From Deltaproteobacteria bacterium (GTDB lineage Bacteria > Desulfobacterota > Binatia > UBA12015), in NCBI GenBank assembly GCA_046583355.1, contig JAYGCM010000047.1, positions 1-55,272 on the forward strand: a DNA stretch of 55,272 nt, read 5' to 3'. Shown piece by piece: positions 1-7,413 of this stretch (positions are counted from its first letter, which is position 1; every line of letters starts with the position of its first letter). Position numbers and translations under genes: made by a program. The notes beneath the pieces are model-generated. The model worked only from the letters and a program-made list of their open reading frames with translations. It searched no databases and was not told the DNA's origin.

Positions 1-1060
1 GGGGCAGCACCCAAACAAAGCTCTCGCTCTCGCCCCCTGGATATTCGATCGCGGCGACACGTCCTTGCTTGTCGTAACGATGTACTGTGCTTTCGCCCGC
101 TGCATTGGTTGTGCGGGTCCAATATTGCACCGGATCACTGCCCTGGGCCTTGCCGTAGGCAAAGGTCCAGGTCGGGTCGCCCTCGCCGTGGTAAAGGACC
201 TCCTGGGTGCGACCATGCAGGCCGACCAGAGGCAGGTTCGCGAAGGTCGCGGTGAGGGAGTCGCCCTCGGGCGATACGATATGCAACGAGCTTTCGGTCG
301 ACACGTATTTCGTACCCGCGTTGTCCAGCTCGTTATCAAACGCGCTGCGAGCATATTTCAGACGGCCGGCAAGGTCCCATGCATAGGTCGCCTCACCCGA
401 GCCTGCCCGACTGCCCCGCACCCGAACGATCCGCCCGGCTTCGCGCAGCACCATGAAAATCGTCTTGCAATTCGTCTGATTCAGGCATTGTCGGATCGTC
501 GTCGTCGTACCATTGGTATCAAATACGAGCCGCGCACGAGCCGCGCTGCCATGCCAATAGATGGCCGCCAGCACACCGTCCGTCCCGAATTCATGAACCA
601 AGCCACCTAGGGTTTTCATCCGATGGTCGTCAAGCTTCACCCAGCGCGTACCCTTCACGCGGGTCTCGTCGGCCACCATCTCCACACGGAGTTCCGCCCC
701 CAGAGGATCCATGAAAACCAAAGCCTGCCGGAAACCACCCTGCGGCCGGGGAACGGGCCTCCAGCCGTAGCTCATCTCAATATTGAAGTGCCACGAATTG
801 GTCGCGGAATTGAACACCGGCCCGACGCCGAATTCCCCGACGAAGGTATCGACCGAAAGATCGGTCCGCCGCAACATAAGATTACCGCCCGCGACATTCA
901 CGCTCACGCCGCGAGGCAAGGCCATTGTGGTGCGTGATTGGTATTGCTTCGCCCCCGCATCCGGGTATTTCGGACACGCAGCAAGCAAGGGAAATAGGAG
1001 GAAGATGAGAAGCCGCTTGCATACGGCCCCGTCCTGCCATTTGCGCCGCCGGCGTGCCAT
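1..1060 (-). CDS. RHS/YD-repeat lipoprotein, N-terminal part (runs off the left edge)
   Basis: Hand translation, open to the window edge and so absent from the ORF track: MARRRRKWQDGAVCKRLLIFLLFPLLAAC (lipobox), then VSVNVAGGNLMLRRTDLSVDT (DUF6531-like pre-RHS motif), then YD-type repeats TYAWDLAGRL and TTNAAGESTVHRYDKQGRVAAIEYPGG. Confidence 0.8.
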   Translation of the reverse strand, partial: MARRRRKWQDGAVCKRLLIFLLFPLLAACPKYPDAGAKQYQSRTTMALPRGVSVNVAGGNLMLRRTDLSVDTFVGEFGVGPVFNSATNSWHFNIEMSYGWRPVPRPQGGFRQALVFMDPLGAELRVEMVADETRVKGTRWVKLDDHRMKTLGGLVHEFGTDGVLAAIYWHGSAARARLVFDTNGTTTTIRQCLNQTNCKTIFMVLREAGRIVRVRGSRAGSGEATYAWDLAGRLKYARSAFDNELDNAGTKYVSTESSLHIVSPEGDSLTATFANLPLVGLHGRTQEVLYHGEGDPTWTFAYGKAQGSDPVQYWTRTTNAAGESTVHRYDKQGRVAAIEYPGGESESFVWVLP

Positions 1061-1340
1061 GCCTCGCAAGGCCCCTGGTCGATCGAGTTCTGGTTGTTCT
1101 CTTCGCATTTCTCTTTCTCCATTGGCGCCCACAGGGGCGGCTGCGGAGAGCTTGCGGGCCGCCGGGCGCCGTCGGCAATCCCGGTCTATGAGGGATCCAA
1201 TGCGAATACTCACGGCTTTTGCCGCCCGCCTGGTGGCGAATCCGCGCAACCGGCAGTCTCGATTGCGCATCGGGCTATGGCCTACTCGTCATGGACAGAT
1301 TCAATCCTCCGATGCAGAATCACAGAACGGAGAACTGATC

Positions 1341-1865
1341 TTGTCGATTCGCTGCATCATCCTGGGGCTTCTGGAGACGCAGAATCGGTGCGGCTACGAG
1401 TTACAGCGCGAGGTCTGCGACTTGCTCGGCGGCGACCCCGCGGCCGACAGCCGGATCTACCAGGCGCTGGGCGGGTTGGTGGGCGGCGGCTTGATCGAGA
1501 AATGTACCCACAAGGCCAGGGGCCGGCGTTCGCGGATCCCCTATGCGATATCGCCAGCCGGGCGAGAATATCTCACGGATTGGCTGGCCCAGCCGCTCGG
1601 GATCGAGACGCCCCGCAGCGATGACCTATTGGCCCGGATTGTCATCACCACACGCTCCAAACCCGAATTCCTGAAAGGCCACTTCGACGACCTCGAACAA
1701 CAATTCGAAGGGCGCATGGCGCAGAGGGACACGGCATTACGCACCTGCGGCGGCGACTCGGACGTGGACTTCACGCGCCGCATCGCACTCCTGCATCAGG
1801 CCTGCCGCGACCGCGCCGACCTCGGCTGGCTGCGCATGGTCCAGGCCACCTGGCAGAACCGCTGA
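1341..1865 (+). CDS. PadR-family transcriptional regulator
   Basis: TTG start after GGAG; SIRCIILGLL..GYEL..IYQALGGL..GLIE..YAISPAGREYLTDWL with a C-terminal helical extension. The track ORF from 783 is over-extended. Confidence 0.85.
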   Translation: MSIRCIILGLLETQNRCGYELQREVCDLLGGDPAADSRIYQALGGLVGGGLIEKCTHKARGRRSRIPYAISPAGREYLTDWLAQPLGIETPRSDDLLARIVITTRSKPEFLKGHFDDLEQQFEGRMAQRDTALRTCGGDSDVDFTRRIALLHQACRDRADLGWLRMVQATWQNR

Positions 1866-1982
1866 CCTGCTCGCCTTTGCCCAGGGAGAAAATTTCCGGT
1901 GATCCTGGTTGATGCAAACCTACTGCTCTACGCAGTGATTCAGGGCTACGCGCAACACAAGGACGCGAAAGGCTGGCAGTAA
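1864..1982 (+). pseudogene. vapC: Remnant of a vapBC toxin-antitoxin locus (antitoxin tail plus PIN-toxin N-terminus)
   Basis: GTG at 1899 gives MILVDANLLLYAVIQGYAQHKDAKGWQ* (27 aa, PIN-domain start). It overlaps (GTGA) the stop of DLLAFAQGENFR*, which resembles VapB C-termini. Confidence 0.7.
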
Positions 1983-2019
1983 CCCGCCCCGCCACCACCG
2001 CTCGATCCGGCGCGGCTAG

Positions 2020-2577
2020 TCAAGCAATCATCACGCGGGCTTTGCGTTCCTGGCGCAGCACGCTCTCTTCGTCAGTCAGCGTCTCGATCTGGTCGCGCGG
2101 CACCCAACGCAGGTCGTTGGATTCTTCGCTGATGGCGATTTTCTGGCCCGGGCCAGCAACCAGCAGGTAACGCAGGTCGAGGTGGTCGTGTGCGGGCTCC
2201 GTGCCGCGGGCGGGGATACGATGGATGTCGATATCCAGCGGTACGGGAAAAGCGTCGCCTGATATTTCGCGGAACTCCTGCATGCCGGACTCTTCGCGCG
2301 CCTCACGCAAGGCCACCGCAAAGGGGTCGGCCTCGCCGTCGCAATGCCCACCCAACTGCAACCAACGACCGAGCTTGGCGTGATGCGTCAGCAGCGCCTG
2401 GGTGCGGTCGGCGGAGAGAATCCAAGCCGACGCGGTGATGTGGCCGGGAAGGCAGGTGCGCTCAAAGCAATCCGCGTGCGCCGCGGCGAAATTGCGAATG
2501 CGCGCTACGACCTCCGCTTCCTCGCGGTGGCGGGTCTCGTAGCGGTCAAGAAGGTCGAGAAGAAGGCGGCGATGCAT
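2020..2577 (-). CDS. NUDIX hydrolase
   Basis: GHITASAWI..LLTHHAKLGRWLQLGGHCDGEADPFAVALREAREESG Nudix box; ATG after AAGGAG. Confidence 0.9.
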   Translation of the reverse strand: MHRRLLLDLLDRYETRHREEAEVVARIRNFAAAHADCFERTCLPGHITASAWILSADRTQALLTHHAKLGRWLQLGGHCDGEADPFAVALREAREESGMQEFREISGDAFPVPLDIDIHRIPARGTEPAHDHLDLRYLLVAGPGQKIAISEESNDLRWVPRDQIETLTDEESVLRQERKARVMIA

Positions 2578-2593
2578 CGTGTCTCCTTGTCGC

Positions 2594-4282
2594 TCAAGCC
2601 GCCCGGAACTGCCAGCCCGCAAACGCGCGCAGCGCCAGCGGCGCGGCAAGCTCCCTGTCCCCAAGGCGCGCCGCCGGCAGGTCGGCGCGCCTTGCCGTGA
2701 GACCGAACGAGACGGCATTTCCAGAATCCGTGCCGCGGGACCGTATTTCCAGACAGAACTCCTGCGCAATCGTGACGGGGCGCATCGTCAAGGCGAAGTA
2801 TCGACGATCCGGCAGCAGCGCGGCCTGCACCACTTCGTCCGCCACGATCTCGCCCGCGCCCGTGCGCAATGTGAATTGCAGCTGGTGACATAGCTGCTGA
2901 TCGAAGGTGATGGTGTTGAGGTCGAGACGGGAGAGACCGAGTGTGCGTACGCGGAATCTCTGCACCAGAAGAACACCATCCGCCAGCGGCGGACTCTCGG
3001 CCAGGACCGGCGCCTCCGGCAAAGTCGGAAAGGCGTCCGGTTCCAATGCGATGCGAGCCTCACGCTCGCCGACCGCGCCCTTCCGTTGCGCGCCCGCAGC
3101 CGCCTCGGCCACAGATGCCGGGGCAAGCGTGGGCGGCAACGCCGCGGTCGAATCCAAGCCGGCGCCCGAGGTACGCTCGGGCGTAGAGTCCCGGCGAAAA
3201 CCGCGCACCGCTGCGCTTGCCATCACGGGCGCCGCCAGAAAATTTTGCATCTCGGCCGCACGCACATTCGGGGCGAACTCGGCCTCTACGGTCTTGCGTG
3301 CCGCGTGGCCGAGGGCGGTGCGCAGGCCGGCATCTTCAGCAAGCATAATGATAGCATCGCGAAACGCCTCGGGGCTGCCGGCCAGGATACCATTTTCGTT
3401 ATTGCGGATTGCGGCCTCATACGCGGGTGTCGGACTCGCAATTGTTGGCACATGGACGGCGGCGGCCTCGATGAACTTCGTCGCCCCCTTGGCGCGCGTA
3501 AAACGCTCCTTCCAGGCGAGCGGTGCCAGATTGATATCCACTGCCGCGACAAGCGCCGGAAGCTCCGTCCAGTCCACCAGCGGCGCCTCCTCGATGCGCG
3601 CGGTATAGCCGGCAAGCTCGGCCGGCAAAACCAACGGACCGCGCAACTGAAGCCGCAGCCGCGAGTCGGCCTCCATCGCCTCGGCGATCCCCCCGGCCAC
3701 AGCCGCGAAATCCTGCCGATGGGTTGCCGTGCCGCTGAAATACCCCAGCCGGATCACCTCCGGGTCGGCCGGGACCGCGCCGGAGGCGGCCGCGTATGCC
3801 GTATCCGCCAAGACAAACTCGGCCGCGCTCAGCGAGTCAGCATGTAGCCGAGATCGTACTCCGAGCGCCGCCAACTCCTCTTGCAAGACGCGCGTCGCGG
3901 CGAGAACCGTATCGCAAATATCGAGCAAAGCGCGGTAGCGCCGCGCGCCTTCAAGCCAGCGCGCGCGCTCCGGCCCTGCGGCCAGTCCCGCGGGAAGACA
4001 CTCCTCGTCGTCGATAAAAATCAAATCATCGACAAGGCCGATCAGCCGGGCATCGCGCGCCTGCAGGCGCGGCAACAGCGCACAAAGCTGCGGCGTCGCT
4101 GGGACACGGTAGAGAAAAACCAGATCGGCCTGCGCAAGGTCGGCGGGCAGACGCGGGTCAAGGAAATGGCGGACCTCAACGCCGTAGCCCGCTTGCGCCA
4201 CCGCGCTCGCGCGGTGCAGAACACCGTAGCGGTGGCAAAAGCCGTCGATACCGCTCAAGAAAAGCGCCCGCCCCAGCCTCAC
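2594..4282 (-). CDS. Glycosyltransferase family 4 (GT-B) with extra C-terminal beta-rich domain
   Basis: LGYFSGTATHRQDF, DINLAPL..FTRAKGATKFIEAAAVHVPTIASPT; Ala/Pro linker, then an extra domain. Start uncertain (GTG 4282 chosen). Confidence 0.8.
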   Translation of the reverse strand: MRLGRALFLSGIDGFCHRYGVLHRASAVAQAGYGVEVRHFLDPRLPADLAQADLVFLYRVPATPQLCALLPRLQARDARLIGLVDDLIFIDDEECLPAGLAAGPERARWLEGARRYRALLDICDTVLAATRVLQEELAALGVRSRLHADSLSAAEFVLADTAYAAASGAVPADPEVIRLGYFSGTATHRQDFAAVAGGIAEAMEADSRLRLQLRGPLVLPAELAGYTARIEEAPLVDWTELPALVAAVDINLAPLAWKERFTRAKGATKFIEAAAVHVPTIASPTPAYEAAIRNNENGILAGSPEAFRDAIIMLAEDAGLRTALGHAARKTVEAEFAPNVRAAEMQNFLAAPVMASAAVRGFRRDSTPERTSGAGLDSTAALPPTLAPASVAEAAAGAQRKGAVGEREARIALEPDAFPTLPEAPVLAESPPLADGVLLVQRFRVRTLGLSRLDLNTITFDQQLCHQLQFTLRTGAGEIVADEVVQAALLPDRRYFALTMRPVTIAQEFCLEIRSRGTDSGNAVSFGLTARRADLPAARLGDRELAAPLALRAFAGWQFRAA

Positions 4283-4523
4283 CGCAGCTACAGGAGGCGC
4301 CTGCGAGTCTTTGCCACCGATTACCAAGGAATCCGTACTCTCCCCATTTGGTAGACGCGATGAACCAGCAACACCAACCGAGCGACGCTGCAGCCCGGAA
4401 ACCACCCCGCTTCGCACCAAGCGCCAGTGCAGGCTGCGGGCGACTTGCGGCCCTCTGGGCCTGGTCCTACTTTCCGATCGCCCTTTCAGGTGCACTTCCC
4501 GGCCAGACCTCTAAACAGAGCGG

Positions 4524-5144
4524 ATGCCTTTTCGTGCTGTAATTTTCGACCTCGGTGGCGTGGTGCTGGGCTCGCCTCTGCACGCCATCGCCGCCTATGA
4601 ACGCGAGCTCGGCATCGAGGCCGGTTGCGTGAACCGTGTCGTCGCCGACACCGGCGATGCCGGGGCCTGGAGCCGCCTTGAGCGCGGCCTGCTCGACCTC
4701 GAGGCTTTCTATCCCGCCTTCGAGAAAGATTGCGCCGCAAGCGGCTTCACCCTCTCTGCCAGCACCATGTTTGCTCGAATGGGCGCCGAAGCCATGCCAC
4801 GGCCGGCCATGCTGCGCGCCATCGAGAGGCTGCGCGAAGAGGGTCTGCGCACCGCCGCGCTGACGAATAATTGGGCGACCAGCGATACCGGCCCGAACTC
4901 GCTCATCCCGATCTTTGATGAGTTCGTCGAGTCCGCCGTCGAAGGGCTCCAGAAGCCCGACCCGCGGATCTATGAGTTGGTGCTCGCGCGCCTGGGAACT
5001 ACGCCCGCCGAGTCGATCTTCCTCGACGATATCGGCCGCAACCTGAAGGCCGCCCGCGCCATGGGCATTACCACCATCAAGGTCGACGCACCCGAAAAAG
5101 CCCTGGCCGAGCTACAGGCGCACGTCGGCTTTGACCTGGGCTGA
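4524..5144 (+). CDS. HAD-family phosphatase (epoxide-hydrolase N-domain-like)
   Basis: AVIFDLGGV, LTNNW, KPDPRIY, FLDDIGRNL motifs. Confidence 0.9.
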   Translation: MPFRAVIFDLGGVVLGSPLHAIAAYERELGIEAGCVNRVVADTGDAGAWSRLERGLLDLEAFYPAFEKDCAASGFTLSASTMFARMGAEAMPRPAMLRAIERLREEGLRTAALTNNWATSDTGPNSLIPIFDEFVESAVEGLQKPDPRIYELVLARLGTTPAESIFLDDIGRNLKAARAMGITTIKVDAPEKALAELQAHVGFDLG

Positions 5145-5155
5145 CCTGGGCGCGT

Positions 5156-5839
5156 TCAGCGGAAGCAATACTCCTGCACAAACCAGGCACAGGAGGCACC
5201 GATAAAGCGCTTGGTATCCGCTGCGATGATCGCTCGGCTTTCCGCATGCGCATAGAAGAGCGTACGGAAGGCTTCCTCGTTCGCGAAATGCAGTTCGCTG
5301 ATGCCATCGAGCGGTAACGCATCGGGCGAGAGCGAGGCGTCAACGACGTTGGCGACATACTTGATAAGGCCGATATGGTGCTCAAGCGCCAAAGGCAGAT
5401 GCTCCTGGATCCATAGCTGGACGAACTCTTCGTGGGTCATCCCGGTCGGCCGCGAAAGAACGGCGATCATCTTGAACCGCCCGGTCGGCCCACCCGGGAT
5501 ATCGGCCGGCACGGTGGATTTCTGCAAATACTCCGTCGTCTCGTAGACATCAGCGCCGCCGAGGAGGGGCGCCGTATCGGCCTCGAGGATCGGCCGTCCG
5601 TCCGGGCCATTGTAGAGGCTATCGCGAAAGTCCTGCATCGTGTCGAAGCTGAGCTCGGCGATCGAGTCGACCGGCCGCAGCTCTTCGCCGCGTGCCCGAT
5701 CGACGAGATTCACGCGGTAGGCCCGCAGCGCCGGATCGTGGCGCTGCGCCAGCGAAGCCTGGCTTGCGAGAATGCGGCGGCCATATTCCGCCCGCTCCAG
5801 CCCGGTGCGGCGCCGGCAGAGGAAAACTATCTTGCGCAT
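5156..5839 (-). CDS. Tandem EthD-domain protein
   Basis: Two repeats: LCRRRTGLERAEY..VDSIAELSF and LSRPTGMTHEEF..H..LDGISELHF. Confidence 0.8.
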   Translation of the reverse strand: MRKIVFLCRRRTGLERAEYGRRILASQASLAQRHDPALRAYRVNLVDRARGEELRPVDSIAELSFDTMQDFRDSLYNGPDGRPILEADTAPLLGGADVYETTEYLQKSTVPADIPGGPTGRFKMIAVLSRPTGMTHEEFVQLWIQEHLPLALEHHIGLIKYVANVVDASLSPDALPLDGISELHFANEEAFRTLFYAHAESRAIIAADTKRFIGASCAWFVQEYCFR

Positions 5840-5980
5840 CTACGCAGCCCATCGGTTGGCGCAAGCGAGGTCAAGGCGCAGCCACGTTGCACGCTTGTGG
5901 AATCGACTGCGGCGATAAGGCATTGCGTCAAGGGCCGCGGCATGGGAGATTGCTTGGGCAAGGACGATCTGGAGTTTTTG

Positions 5981-6163
5981 ATGCATTCCCTGAAGAACAG
6001 CCTACCGGCCCTCACCGCGCAGATGTGCGGCGGTGCCTTTGCGCGCAGCGCCCACGCTCAGTCGTGTACGCCGATTGCCACGTGGACGATGCCCGTCTGC
6101 GTAGCGACGACGCGCAAAGACGCCATTGCGAGGCTCAGCGGCCCGTCAGAAGGAGCATCTTGA
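5981..6163 (+). CDS. Putative leader peptide (60 aa)
   Basis: GGAG-N6-ATG; MHSLKNSLPALTAQMCGGAFARSAHAQSCTPIATWTMPVCVATTRKDAIARLSGPSEGAS*. Its 3' end overlaps the 5' arm of the antiterminator. Confidence 0.4.
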   Translation: MHSLKNSLPALTAQMCGGAFARSAHAQSCTPIATWTMPVCVATTRKDAIARLSGPSEGAS

Positions 6164-6214
6164 GGTAGACTCAAGAACAAGACGCTCCGTTCAGGACGAA
6201 AAGGCCGCTGGGTT
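6132..6214 (+). promoter_or_regulatory. Candidate antiterminator stem
   Basis: GGCTCAGCGGCC (6132-6143) pairs with GGCCGCTGGGTT (6203-6214), with three G-U pairs. Nested stems: CGTC/GACG, GGAGC/GCTCC, TCTTGAG/CTCAAGA. Confidence 0.6.
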
Positions 6215-6235
6215 CCCACCTAGCGGCCTTTTTTT
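6199..6235 (+). terminator. Intrinsic terminator upstream of the HTH gene (attenuator-type position)
   Basis: AAAAGGCCGCTGGG-TTCCCA-CCTAGCGGCC-TTTTTTT. Confidence 0.85.
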
Positions 6236-6304
6236 GTTTCCGCCCCGATTCCCGGGGAGTGGATCACCGCCCCAGCAGGAGAGGGGCCAGACAGGAGAGA
6301 GAAA

Positions 6305-6574
6305 ATGGAATTCGAAGAATCAGAAGAATTGATCGACCCGAGGGTCTTCTCCGGCAAGCTGCGGGCAATCGTGCGCGACGAGCCCAAGGCATTCGCCTAC
6401 GACCTCGGCCTGAGCCTCTCGGCGGTCTACAACTATCTCAACGGGCGTGTACCCACGACCGATGTGCTCTTCCGGATTGCCAAGTACTCGGGGCAACCGA
6501 TGGAGTGGTTCCTCACAAAAGAGGGGAACTCCTTCGAAATCCATTCCGAGGAAGTCCGGTCACAGGCCGCCTAA
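6305..6574 (+). CDS. Small XRE/Cro-type HTH regulator
   Basis: CAGGAGA RBS; KAFAYDLGLSLSAVYNYLNGRVPTTDVLFRIAKYSGQPMEWFL. Confidence 0.85.
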   Translation: MEFEESEELIDPRVFSGKLRAIVRDEPKAFAYDLGLSLSAVYNYLNGRVPTTDVLFRIAKYSGQPMEWFLTKEGNSFEIHSEEVRSQAA

Positions 6575-6797
6575 GAGGAGCCCGGGGGGAGATCGCCCGC
6601 AAGGAGCGGCTCGGATGAGAGGGTCATCCGAGCCGCACCCATGCACATCGCCTGGTGAAAGCGGGTGCATATGCGAAGGAGGGGACCTTCGCGGGACGGC
6701 GGCCCTGGAAGGGAAAGAGGGAATATTCCAGGGGGCCGGCAGAGTGGATGATGAGGACCCTCACGGGAGCCACTCACCATCCGGGGGCACCCGTGCG
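6575..6797 (+). ncRNA. Candidate structured RNA: five tandem hairpins with purine/GGA-rich loops
   Basis: Stems at 6606-6636 (13 bp perfect), 6641-6670, 6673-6692, 6703-6733 and 6742-6775; about 13 GGA triplets by hand count. Confidence 0.45.
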
Positions 6798-7058
6798 CTA
6801 GAGCAGATGCGTGCCGGTCGGCCGAGGCGCAGCCAGCTCGTCGATCGAATGGCTCGGCTGCATCGCATGCGCCTGGGGGCGCTGTCCGGTCAGCTGCTCG
6901 ATCGCGCGACGCGCGAGTTTGCTTGGTTTGGCGTGGCCATTCTCCCACCGATTCACGGTCGAGAAGGTCACGGCTACGGCATGGGCAAACTCTTCTTGAG
7001 TCAGCCCGAGGCCCTTCCGAAGTTCCTTGATCTGAACGCCTGTGAGCACTTCGCTCAT
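6798..7058 (-). CDS. Small XRE-family HTH regulator
   Basis: GGAGG RBS; IKELRKGLGLTQEEFAHAVAVTFSTVNRWENGHAKPSKLA. Confidence 0.9.
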   Translation of the reverse strand: MSEVLTGVQIKELRKGLGLTQEEFAHAVAVTFSTVNRWENGHAKPSKLARRAIEQLTGQRPQAHAMQPSHSIDELAAPRPTGTHLL

Positions 7059-7204
7059 TTTCCAATCCTCCATATGCACTATCTCACTCAACATCATCGA
7101 ACATCCTCCGCGTACACCTTAGTTTTGTGACGCACGCGTTCTGGGGCGCAGGTCAGGTCATCACATGCCCTGCCCGCGCTTGAATTCAGTATGACAACTC
7201 TCTT

Positions 7205-7220
7205 AGCAATGTTAGTGCCA
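7205..7220 (-). promoter_or_regulatory. sigma54 (-24/-12) promoter
   Basis: Minus strand TGGCACTAACATTGCT matches TGGCAC-N5-TTGCW with exact GG-N10-GC spacing, pointing at the 6798-7058 gene. Confidence 0.75.
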
Positions 7221-7315
7221 TCGAAAAACGCTGTAAAAGCAACGCTCTGCATCTAGCCATGGCGTCAAGAATGGCGCTTGCATTATTTCCATGACGCTCG
7301 GCCATAGCGAACGCC

Positions 7316-7356
7316 TAGGTATCTACCCCCTGGAGATAGGTGTTTACCCCTAGGTG
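7316..7356. repeat. Phased direct repeats, candidate activator/operator sites
   Basis: TAGGTATCTACCCC (7316) and TAGGTGTTTACCCC (7337) are 21 bp apart; a third TAGGTG is at 7351. Confidence 0.5.
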
Positions 7357-7413
7357 CGCTGCACGAAAATAAATCGCCCTTGCCTGCGCAAAGCCGTCCG
7401 CTACCTAAGCGGC

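Noticed and set aside
65..937. Plus-strand ORFs 65-610 and 623-937
   Set aside because: They are antisense shadows of the minus-strand RHS gene.
5938..5954. sigma54-like CGGCATGGGAGATTGCT upstream of the leader ORF
   Set aside because: GG-to-GC spacing is 11 nt, not the required 10.
6798..7058. HigA-type antitoxin of a TA pair
   Set aside because: There is no toxin ORF in the 5' region; it is better explained as a stand-alone regulator.
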